DNA of 62,952 bases, counting the filler, from Ministeria vibrans ATCC 50519 (Eukaryota; Protista; Filasterea): NCBI GenBank assembly GCA_943704425.1. It is 13 parts of 13 records of this genome, joined end to end, with 100 filler letters (N's around TTAATTAATTAA, not from the genome) between each part and the next. Parts side by side here need not be neighbours in the genome. Positions count along the whole stretch, not along the records: positions 36,737 to 39,556 come from CALSCP010000383.1; positions 39,657 to 41,855 come from CALSCP010001857.1; positions 41,956 to 44,132 come from CALSCP010002445.1; positions 44,233 to 48,358 come from CALSCP010001964.1; positions 48,459 to 52,729 come from CALSCP010000244.1; 8 more parts are not named here. One strand, 5' to 3'. The translations under genes were made by a program, and so were the position numbers. Position 1 is the first letter of the stretch. Every line of letters starts with the position of its first letter. The notes below the pieces were generated by a model that saw only the letters and a program-made list of their open reading frames with translations, was not told where the DNA came from and ran no database searches. Positions 37,303 through 48,470 of the stretch are shown in pieces.

Positions 37303-37795
37303 CTACTGCGGCGTAAGATTGGTCAGTGAGTGCTTGAGATCTTCTCGGAAGCGACGCGCCTCTTCCGAGTCCGGCTCCACATCCTCTGCATCCATCCCAT
37401 CCACTCGATCGTCTTCCTCTTCCTCTTCTTCTTCCTCTTCTTCATCACTGCTATGCGTTGCCCGCCACTGATTCTTCGTCTGACTACGCGTGCCACTCGT
37501 TGGTTCTCCCTTGAGATCCCGTTCGAGCCGTTCGCGCGCCTCACTTGCGCGCTCCTCGTCCTTCGCATTGCGCATGGCCCGTCGACGCTCATACTCCTTG
37601 CGGTAATCCTGCTCGTACTCTGCGTGTGCCCCATCCACCGCCGCAAAAAAATCATCCATTCCAGCACCCGTCATTGCTAAACACAACCAATGACGTATGG
37701 GTACGCGAACATACACAAAGACACACAAAGACATACACAAAGTAGACACACACATCAAATCACAATCCCAAATGCGGCATATGCTCACTTCTCGT

Positions 37796-37829
<34 letters not shown>

Positions 37830-39029
37830 CACTCTCTTACCCGACACCCCAACAGTGCGCAACTTCTCATAAAACTCGTCAAGTACAAGAGACATGGAGC
37901 GTGCAAGACTGCCCATGTACGATGTCTCGGCAGCAACGGCGTCTTGGAAGGCCTCAAAGTCGGCCATCCACTCGGCGGCGAAGGCATGCGACATGACATC
38001 TGTCTTGTTGAAGCACACAAAGAAGGGCAGCCCCGTCTTGTACAGGATGCTGCACGCGTACAGCATGTTCGACATGAACGTGATGGGAGATGCACACCGC
38101 GGCGTGTCCACCACATACACAATAATGGTCGGAAGAAGTCCCGCAAGTGCCTAATGGCCATGATTGAGTGGTGAGTGACAGTCAAGTCTTGTGGCGTGCG
38201 GTGCGTCTACCTCTTGAATGATTGAACCGCTGGCGCTCCACGTGAATACTTCAATTTGACCTGGGGTGTCCACAAGTACATAGTCGTGCTGGGGCGCGCG
38301 AGCCTCGACAATCTTGAGAACCTGTGAAGACAAAAAGTGTTTTGTTAAGGGGTTTCTTTATTTTATTCTTGTTGTTGTACTTGATCAAACTGCGTGGTAA
38401 ACAGGTTGAGCGCGGTCATGATGGCACCGTTGGGTCCCAGACCGTACTCGCGCATCACATCCTTGTACTTGACTGTGTCCCGAATGTCAATGTTCACCTC
38501 GTACGGAACCTACCAGAACCAACGCACGTTTGACTCCCGCTCTGCCCTGCATCTACACATATACATACCTTGTGGACTGCCGGGTCCAGGTTGAGCACAT
38601 ACGCTCGCTCGTTTCGCTGTCTAATTGAAGCAAACACTCGCTACAAAAACGAAGGCAAATTCGATCATCAGTCGGAGAACGAGTGTGCTATCAGCACACT
38701 ACCACCACCCCAGCCCCCTCCAACACACCCTCACAAACAGACCCCGCTGCACGTCGTGGCGCGACGTGGCGTGCCCCCCATCAGCGAGCACAGGCGCTGG
38801 TACTTGATCAACGTTTCTCTCTCTCGTGTCACACAAAACGTCTCTCTACCTGCATCAAAGTGCTCTTGCCCGAACCAGCCATGCCAAGGAAGATGAGCAC
38901 GGGCGTCTGTCGCTTCTCGCTGGCCGCCGTTGACGGTGCGGAAGTCGGCGAAGGAAGCGCAGACGACGCATCGGCCCTGCGGCTGTCTCCTGGCCCTGCG
39001 GCTGCTGCGTCTTCCGCTACACTCTCCAT
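37303..39029 (-). CDS. GPN1: GPN-loop GTPase 1 (Npa3/XAB1); multi-exon
   Basis: [65 protein letters not shown]. Confidence 0.97.
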
Positions 39030-39656
39030 GTCACCGAGTAGCGGGTGTACTGCGAAAAGAAATATGAAAATTGTGACCTGTCAACTATTTATTCATTCGT
39101 TTTTTTCAATTTTCACTCTTTCTTTGGATTCACTACTTTGCTCGACAGCAGTTTGAATCTAGAAGTCCCAGGAGCACTCCCCTAAAGTCCAGGCTATACC
39201 CAGCGTGCCCCATCCGGACCATGGCCGAGCCCAGACCACTCGATGTCCAACTTGCAGCGCTCTGCAAACAGCTGAAGCACCCCAGCGAGAAGAAGCGAAC
39301 GACCGCTGCCAGCACCCTCTGGTAAGACCCCCCCGTGCACCCCGCCCTCCACACCGCCTCTTCCCCCCTCTGAACAGCGACAAGGCCAAATCCGACGCGT
39401 TTCCGTTTTCTCGCTTTCAGTTTGACCCCTCGCCAGCCCGAACGCCGCACTCCTCCCTCGCCAACACTCCGACATAACAGCTGCTTAATAGAGCGCAACC
39501 CAATGACCAAACCAAAGCAAAATCTGAGCAAAAAAAAAAAAAAAAAAAAAAAAAAANNNNNNNNNNNNNNNNNNNNNNNNNNNNNNNNNNNNNNNNNNNN
39601 TTAATTAATTAANNNNNNNNNNNNNNNNNNNNNNNNNNNNNNNNNNNNNNNNNNNN

Positions 39657-39811
39657 ACCTCAACACCATTGGCTGTTTCGACATCGACACTTTTACCATT
39701 GTCACTCAGCCTTTTTTTACGTAGTGCTGTCCCAATAGTTTGCGACGGCCAAAAAGGGCTGAGTGACAATGGTAAAAGTGTCGATGTCGAAACAGCCAAT
39801 GGTGTTGAGGT
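39657..39811. repeat. 55-bp perfect inverted repeat (39657-39711 / 39757-39811) at a contig start
   Basis: Left arm is the exact reverse complement of exon sequence 45 bp downstream. Confidence 0.92.
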
Positions 39812-40817
39812 TCTGGTGCAGCACAAACTGACCCGATGTAGAGTCCCACAACATGATAGGACTCGACAAGTGCGAAGTGCTTCCGTCAAAGTAGTTTCCT
39901 GACAACGACAGACAGATGAGAGGCAGACAAATGAGTGCCATACCACACACACACACCACACCACACATTCATAATATATATATATATTATAAATTACAAA
40001 AAATCACATACCAATGATGAGCAAGTGGTCATTTCCAATGTTGAGATAGGCTGCCTCAAAAGCACCAGTCGTGGGAATGGTCGCATTCAGCACAAACTGC
40101 GATCCTGTCCATGTCATCAGCTGCGAATTCGCATTGTATCCGGTCGCTAATCACATATAGGATTGATAATGAGTACACACACATCTTTCTTTTCTTTTCC
40201 TCTTTTTATGTTCTGACCTGCATTGCGATTGTTCACAATAAACAGAAAGTCAATTCCGTCGAATGAGAAGAAGAGCATTTCAGTGGCACCCGTTGTCGCA
40301 ATCAACTGAAACTGTTCAAAGCGCTGCGAGACCACGTTGAAGCGGTAAATGGCACTGTCCAGGTCAAATCGGTTGTTGGCCCAGCGAGGCAATCCCAAAT
40401 AGTCCACTCCTACACATAACAACACAAAACACACACACACATAGACAGACACATTGTGGTTGAGAGGAATCACGTCCTTTCCTCTCACACATACCATCAA
40501 TTGTGAAGTGCGACACTTTGAAGAGGCCGGGGAGCGTGAGATTCTGGAAGACAGTCCATTCTCTGACTGCAATGAACAACACACAGTCAGCTGAAAACGC
40601 ACACAACGCTGACTCGTCTCTCGTTACCACCGGGTGCACGGGTGTAGATGATAGACACCTCTGAAGGACGGAATGAAGGAACCGCCAAAAACAAATTGGG
40701 GCTCGTCAAAAGTTGGAACGGTGTCACATCCTAAAAGGGAAAGATAAAGGATCAGACAAGTGCTGCTGCACAATGCTCGCGTTGCGTCTCTCGCAGATAC
40801 GGTGCAGNNNNNNNNNN

Positions 40818-40867
<50 letters not shown>

Positions 40868-41529
40868 GAGAAAGAGCTCTTTTCGCTTACCATTGCGCCT
40901 GCCAGCGAGGTGTTTTGACGTCGAATGAACCCCGTCTGAATGATGTTCTGCTGAGCCTCGGAGGCGAATGCCCAGGCGTTGAGCGCCGAGAGGTCGGGCG
41001 CAGTGCCGTTCAGAGCAGTCGCGGCGTCCAGCTGCTGGCGGATGAGCGTGTTCTCCGCCTGCAGCTGGGTGAGGGTGCTCTCCAGCGTGCTTTGGTTTCG
41101 CTGCAGGTCGTGCATTTGGCCAGACAGCGTGTTTATGGTCGTTTCAATGGTCGTCAGACGGGGCTCGAGCGTCGACAGGACGGCGCTGCTCACGCCGTCG
41201 AGCGTCGACCCGTCAAATATGGTCCCGGAGATGTTGAGGTAGCCATTGAGCTGCAGCTGCACCGCGTCCACGCTCACGCCGTTGTGTGAGTCTGCTTTCA
41301 TGTGGATGCCAAGAGTGGGTGGCGACAGAATCTCAACGCCACTGCCGTCCACAACCTTGATTCGGGCCCTGCGCAACCAACCGTATGAGAGAGGAGAGGG
41401 GGGGTAGGGATAAGGGAGGAGAGGAAGGAGGGAGCGTGAGGGCGGAGCGTGATCTTATTATCCATTTTACGTGTCTGATGCGCTTGTGAGTGCGATTGCC
41501 GCAACGAAAGCTAGTACACGGGTGATCAT
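39717..41529 (-). CDS. Secreted coiled-coil + EAR/EPTP-repeat protein (TSPEAR/LGI-type propeller); 3' truncated
   Basis: Signal peptide MITRVLAFVAAIALTSA; heptad region; FEQFQLIATTGATEMLFFSFDGIDFLFIVN and FVLHQNLNTIGCFDIDTFTI..FLAVANY. Confidence 0.75.
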
Positions 41530-41761
41530 CGCAGATGGCGAAGAGCTCTAGAGAGTGAATTGACAAATATTTTTACTCTTTACAGACATTCCAGTTTATC
41601 ACATTATTCGTAAGGTGAACTCGATATCACTCAAACAGACTGACAGTCTCTCACACGAACATTCACTCACTCACTCTCCAAGTCTGAAGTCTCCATAGTC
41701 CATACTTTTTTGTTTAAGTTGCTTTGCGTCTTTATCGAAGCACTTCATCCGCGCTTGAACA

Positions 41762-41791
41762 ATGGCTGAAGAAAAGCAGGAAGACGTTACG
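41762..41791 (+). CDS. Probable first exon of an unidentified gene (MAEEKQEDVT|)
   Basis: ACAATGG context, GTAATA donor, divergent from the EPTP gene. Confidence 0.4.
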
Positions 41792-41810
41792 GTAATAGAT
41801 AAAAGATTAT

Positions 41811-41855
<45 letters not shown>

Positions 41856-41955
41856 NNNNNNNNNNNNNNNNNNNNNNNNNNNNNNNNNNNNNNNNNNNNT
41901 TAATTAATTAANNNNNNNNNNNNNNNNNNNNNNNNNNNNNNNNNNNNNNNNNNNN

Positions 41956-42102
41956 CACAATCAGTACACAATCAGAACACAATCAGTCATGAGCATCAGA
42001 CCAGAACCAGACCAGACATTTGGGCAATCAGATCAGTCACTCAAGCAATCAGACCAGACATCTGAGCAATCAGATCAGAACGACTGTTCTGGTCTGATTG
42101 CA
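41956..42102. repeat. Cluster of CAATCAG / CAGAC repeats with one inverted copy
   Basis: GCAATCAGACCAG near 42045 and its reverse complement CTGGTCTGATTGC near 42089. Confidence 0.65.
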
Positions 42103-42459
42103 AACCCGAATTTTTTGTGGAGATTTTGTGCGTCGAAAAAGTTTGATTGCGCAAGAGTAAATACTGTTTTTGATTTTTTAAAAAACAAACAGAGCAGATT
42201 TATATGCGGACTGATTGAGATTTCAAATGGTGACAGACAGGTGAGGATCGGTGAGAATGAAATTAAGGATGTCACAATGACATCTTGTGTTCACTTTCAG
42301 TGATGATTGTTTGAGACGTACAATTTGTAATTTTTGTATTCCCGATTTTTTTTTCTTCTTCTCTTCTGCTCGTTCCTTGTAACACTCGCACACAGTCTCT
42401 CTCTGTATCTTTCTCGCTCTTTCTCGACTATCTCTCACTCTCATTCACCAACAAAACTC

Positions 42460-42536
<77 letters not shown>

Positions 42537-42542
42537 AGTCAG

Positions 42543-43950
42543 TCAGTCAGTCGCAAAGAGCACGCGAGCAGCGTTGCGGATGCGCGACCATTTGCCGAGC
42601 GTCAGCTGACACTCAGCCTTGAACAGCGCAGCCACTGCGTCGTTGCCAGGCTCCACCACAGTCGCCATAAACTCTCCGTCGACCTCCTGCTCGGCCACAA
42701 GCGCAATCGTGCTCTCATCAAGCGAGAGCTCGTCGCGCAGCCACCGAGACACCTACAAAGAACAAACCAAGGGACATTGCTGTCACGTAATAACCACAAT
42801 CTATTCATATATTACGTCGTCGACGCTCCACAGAGACGGGTGTCCAGAGGACGCAGAGGGAGCGAGCGGGCGGGGCGCAGCGGAGAGGGCGTCGCGGCAA
42901 AGGATGGTCGCCAGGCGAAACACACAGTGCGCAATCACGGGCTTCTCTTCGGGCCGAATGTCCGGCATGGCGTCGTGGTCGCCGCGATTGCCAAACTCAC
43001 GCAGCAAGTGCAGGTCGTCAATGACTTGCTTGGGGTGCTGCCCTTTCAGCTGAAAAATGCGTTCGTTGCTCGACTCGCTCAGTGGCTTCGCCTGCGCTTT
43101 CGTGGCCGGTTTCAGTTTGGGCGGACCCAGATAGAACACGAGGAATCGCTCGCTGAAGAGTCGCCCTCCTTGGTGCGACACCACCGACAGCATGTCACCG
43201 TAGCGCTCCTGCAATCGAAAAATCAGCGAACAGCAATCTCTTGTGACTCAATTATCATACCTGGAGTAGGTTCATAGCGAGACCCGCGCGATACACAGCC
43301 GCATACTGCTCTTTGGCCGTCGAGTCTTTGCGGTTTTGCTGGCCACACGTGAACAGAGCGTCGCGCGTGTCACACCACTGCTTCATAGTGAACTCTGAAG
43401 GTGGATGACTGTCGGCTGTCATGTCAACGAGCGAAGGTGACGAACCCAGAGGGGAGTCGGCGGCATGAAGATCCCGACTGCCGCCAGAGGGCATACAGAG
43501 GTTGGGCTGCACTGGAGGTGCACGAGTGCGCGGCTTTGGCGTTGGAGGGCCGCGTTGGGTCCTGCTTGATGATGTGGATGCAGCCGCTGACTGAGCGGGC
43601 GACATGGCAGGGTAGGCGGGAGGAGGATGGCCGAGCCGTCCCGTTCGCCTGCGCTCCTGCTCCTCTTCGTTTCGTTTCTCCAACTCCAATCGCTCCCGCT
43701 GCATAGTGGCCAGCTTCAGTCGCTCCGCTTCTTCCTTCAACTGCATCTCCCGCTCCTTTGCCTGTCGTTTGCGCTCTTCCCTTTGCGCCCTCTCCAACTC
43801 TTCCTTCTTTAGCTGTGCTTGTGCACGTGCCGCTGCCTCTCTTTGCGCCCTCTCGAGCTCTTCCTTCTTTCGCTGTGCCTGTGCACGTGCCGCTGCCTCT
43901 CTTTGCGCCCTCTCGAGCTCTTCCTTCTTCTTCCTTTCCTGCTGGTCAAC
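42543..43950 (-). CDS. Coiled-coil protein with 60-bp internal repeats and C-terminal SAM-like domain; 5' truncated
   Basis: KKEELERAQREAAARAQAQ repeats; last exon VSRWLRDELSL..EQEVDGE..LTLGKWSRI is SAM-like. Confidence 0.6.
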
Positions 43951-44045
43951 CTACAGAAGTGAAACCGAAACGTGAAAGACGGAACCGGTTTGGAAATTCC
44001 ACACTGACTTGGCCTACAAAGAAAACCCTCAAAAGGTGAGAGGAC

Positions 44046-44132
<87 letters not shown>

Positions 44133-44381
44133 NNNNNNNNNNNNNNNNNNNNNNNNNNNNNNNNNNNNNNNNNNNNTTAATTAATTAANNNNNNNNNNNN
44201 NNNNNNNNNNNNNNNNNNNNNNNNNNNNNNNNGTGACACTCACGTATGTTTAATCAGGCTGTCCCGAACGATTTCCGCGTAATTTTGTAATTTCTGACAG
44301 TGTTCTGACTAGAGCCCCGAAAAAACCCCCCTTTTCGATTTTCCGTCATTCTTCAGTCTTCTTCTATTTTGTCTCTCCCAG

Positions 44382-45739
44382 CGACAACGATCATGCTGTG
44401 CTACAAAACCCTCAAGACACGCTGGGGCTCGCAGTGGATGAGGGTAATCGAGTCTCCGTCGCGAGATATCGTCTCTCTCCTGTACCACACAGGGGTGCTT
44501 GTGCTCTTTCTTGCCAACGCCATGCAGAGCTTCCTGGCGTCGCTGTCGACGCCGCACGGGCGGATTGCAGTATTGGCTGTGAATGGATGTGTCTGTGCTG
44601 TGTTATTACTTGAATTCGCCGTCCGCTGTGCGTTTGCGGGGACGTTTTACTATCGTGCGAAATCGACGGGCGGACGACTGCGGTATCTCTTTGGCACGGC
44701 GGTCAATGTCGTCGACATGGTGCTCCTTGCGTGCGTAATATGGCTCTTGGTGAGTGTGCAGGAGGCGGCGGCGGGCCATGCGAGTGTGCTTGCGCGTGTT
44801 GTGCCCATAATGTGTCTGGTGCACTTTGAGCGGTACATCGGCAGTGTGTCTCTCATGCTGGGGGTGATCAAGGACTCGCTGCGCGAACTTCGGGCGGCCT
44901 TCTTTCTCGTCGGCATGCTTGTTGTTGTCGTTGCCGTGGGGGGCTTTCTGGCGGAGCGATCAGCGCAGCCGATTGATTTTGGCTCTCTCGCCACCTCACT
45001 GTACTGGTCGGTCATTACCGTGTCGACAATCGGCTATGGCGACTTGTCGCCCGAAAGTGGAGGAGGGCGTGCTATTGCGTCGGTAGGCGCATTGTTTGGT
45101 CTGCTACTGATTGGAATTCCGGGTGGGCTGGTGGCCACTCGCTTTGCATTGTACGCGGAGCGCACCAGCGGTGAAGAGGCTGTCTTACTGCGCCGCCGCA
45201 TTCTTACGGTGCGTAATTTACAAGCTTACTGGCGATTAAATGGTATGAGTTCAATGTTGTTGTCTGAGTGTGTTTATGTGGTGAGCCGAATGAATGTTCT
45301 TCTTCCTCCTTTTGTTGTTGATGCAGCACTGATGCGTCCCCATTCGGCGACACGAAAGTACTTTTTGCGGCGAGCAGCTCGTGCTCGAACGGCGCGACAA
45401 CGGCGGCTGGCAATTGGAGGAGGAGGAGGAGGAGAGCATGGGGTGCAGATGCCGGATAGTGTTGTGTTTGCTTTGGCGGGCGCATGCCTTCGAGCAAGGC
45501 TGCGCAACACTATAGATGCGCTGAGGCAAGAGAAGGCGCGAAGTGTGCTGCATGATACTCAGGATGTATTCAATGCGATTGGAGCGATCGAGGTTAACTT
45601 GAACGCTCGATTGTTGCACTCTGAAAAGGCCTCTGAGCGCGCTCGGTCTTTCGCTCAGCGAGATCTGCAGGAGCGCCTCGAGCGCATTGAGTTGAAGTTG
45701 GATCGATTACTTGAGGGCCAAAACGCAACCGTCTTATGA
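44382..45739 (+). CDS. KCNQ/Kv7-like 6TM potassium channel; 1 visible intron
   Basis: ESP..LLYH, EFAVR..AG..GRLRY, TVSTIGYGD filter, GIPGGL..FAL, IQ-like LQAYWR, DTQDVF, terminal LERIELKLDRLL coiled coil. Confidence 0.85.
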
Positions 45740-45938
45740 GTAAGCGGAAAGGAATCGGACAAAAATCGGGTTGTAATAATTAATGACGTAATACATTTTT
45801 GATTTATATTGACTCTATAGATTAAAGATTTATAAGTTATAACTCATTCTTTTCTTACCAAGACATCCATCTCTCTTCTCTCTACCGTGTCCGCCCAGCG
45901 CCCAGCCGTGAGTCTGCGCCTTGCCCCTGTTTGCGTCC

Positions 45939-47983
45939 ATGTCGCTTCCATTCTTCCTCTTGTTCTTGTTCTCCGTCATTTGCGGCATCGACGCCATCAC
46001 CACGCCGTCGATCGACACGTCGCCGCAGGTCCTCAACTACCCTGGCTACACGCTGAGTGGCGGCGAGACAGGTCGCTTCATTGTGGTGTTTAAGCCGGCT
46101 GAATCGGTGGCGACGCGCGTCTCGCTCGAAGCGCAAATCGCGCTTGCCTCTGCCGTCGACATCCTCGACTTTGATTTGGGCAACCAGCTGGCGTTTGCAG
46201 CGAACCTCACGAGTGCCGCGTTTGCGCTGCTTCTCTCTCAGTCGACTGTAAGACGCGCAGCATTTTTCTCTCTTATATATTCTCCACTATTTTTATATAT
46301 ACATCTCAATTCCCCACACGTCTCTTTGCTGGCACCCTCATATTGAAAACCTCTTGATAGATCGACTATATTGTGCCGGATGCAGTGGCGCACGCGAACG
46401 CACTGAGCTGCAGCAGCGATTCGACAACAAGGACAACGTCATTGTGGAACTTGGACCGCATTGACTCGCGCGAGCGCGCCTTCTCGGGCTCATACACATC
46501 GCCGAGCGAAGGCGGGGCTCAGGCACATGTCTATGTGTTGGACACGGGCATTCGTGCCACGCACGTTGCTTTCACTGGTCGCATGGGCGCCGGTGCCAAC
46601 TTTGTCAATGATGGAGGAGGAACCAACGACTGCAACGGACATGGAACGCACGTTGCCGGTACCGTTGGCGGCACTGGCTATGGAGTCGCGCAGCGAACTA
46701 TCTTGCATGCCGTCCGTGTGCTCGGGTGCGATGGCTCGGGGTTCTTGAGCAACGTCATTCGCGGGCTCGAGTGGGTACGCACTCAAGGCGAACGACCCGC
46801 GATTGCGAGTCTTTCACTTGGTGCGGCTGCAAACCAGGCTCTGGATGACGCAGTACAGCTTGCAGCAGCTGCCGGTGTGACTGTGGTTGTTGCAGCCGGC
46901 AACAGTAACACAGACGCCTGCAATTCGTCACCCGCTCGCTCCACACACGCCATCACAGTGGGCGCCACCGACATCCACGACCATCGCGCAAGTTTCTCCA
47001 ACTATGGTACTTGTGTCGATCTGTTTGCGCCCGGTGTGGACATTGTTTCAGCTTCAATTGCCTCCGACACAGCCTCAACCACGCTCAGTGGCACGAGCAT
47101 GGCCTGTCCCGCCGTCAGTGGCCTCGCCGCTCTCCTCCTGGCAAACTCGCCGACCACACGATCCACCACCTCAAGTGCAATCATCTCATGCTTGGCCACC
47201 AATGGACCGGTCAGCGACACCGGTAGTGGCTCGCCCAATCTGCTTTTGTACGTTCCCCCACACGTGTGCAACACGACCAACTCACAAGAAGAAGCAGACG
47301 GCACACACACTCCCGAAGAACCCTGCACGGTGCTCTCTCCCTGTATTGAAGATATCGTTGTCATTTCCTCGAGCAACCAGCACGTTGTAGTTCCCTCAGC
47401 AACCTATCACAACGCAACCACCGATGGGCTCCATCGTGGCCATTTGTCATGCAACGACACTACTGCGACCGTCTCGCTTGGTCTGTGGTACTGGGATGAC
47501 GACCGCTGGCGACTCGTCGAGCGCACAGCGGGCGATGCATGCGACGCTTCACTCGTCTACGAAGGCCCCGCCGGCGCCTACTTCTGGTCAGCGTCATCTA
47601 CCACTCCCATCAATGGCACACTCCGCAGCAAGCGCCCCTCGTCCGCCCCCCTTGCCGCCTCGTTTGACGACGATGGCGACGGCGAGTTTGACGACGACCC
47701 TTGCTACAATATTGCAGGGCAGTCGTCAAAGCCTCTTTCGACCGAAGTCATCCTGTTCATCACGGCAGGTGCGGTTGCTGCCACTGCTCTCCTTGTCTTC
47801 CTCATCTATCTCCTCGTCTTGCGGCATCGTCGAAGGCACACTCAAGAGAAATACGCTCCTCCTATCGTCGATGGGACTGTGGCGAGTCCCAAGAGCCGAC
47901 AGCACCGTGCCGAGCTGGAGCGTCGCCACAACGCACCCGCCATAATCATGAACGATTTCTCCTCTAATGTCTCAGCTGTATAA
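45939..47983 (+). CDS. Subtilisin-like S8 (aqualysin/proteinase K type) protease with I9 prodomain, C-terminal beta domain and TM anchor; 1 intron
   Basis: Signal peptide; [31 protein letters not shown]; [27 protein letters not shown] followed by RHRRRH. Confidence 0.95.
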
Positions 47984-48213
47984 CAACTATTATAGTATAA
48001 TTATTATAACAAACATGATCAGTTTGTTTCAGTCGACCGATACAAAAAAAAAAGCTCTGTATCGACTCTTCTTACTCTTATAAGTTATACGTTATGACTC
48101 TTGGCTACATATAACATCGTAGACGGTGTTTTTATTTATTTATTTATACAGTCATAAAAATTGGGTTTACTTACTCCTGACTTTGTCGCTAAATCGCCAT
48201 TATTTTTTTGCAT

Positions 48214-48358
48214 ATGACGTTTGTCTTTCTCTTGTTCTCCGTCATTTGTGGCATCGACGCCATCACCACGCCGTCGATCGACACGTCGCCGCAGGTCCTC
48301 AACTACCCTGGCTACACGCTGAGTGGCGGCGAGACAGGTCGCTTCATTGTGGTGTTTA
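48214..48358 (+). CDS. 5' end of a tandem paralog of the S8 protease
   Basis: About 130 bp nearly identical to about 45964-46092, with its own ATG ([16 protein letters not shown]..). Confidence 0.75.
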
Positions 48359-48470
48359 NNNNNNNNNNNNNNNNNNNNNNNNNNNNNNNNNNNNNNNNNN
48401 NNTTAATTAATTAANNNNNNNNNNNNNNNNNNNNNNNNNNNNNNNNNNNNNNNNNNNNTTTTTTTTGCAG

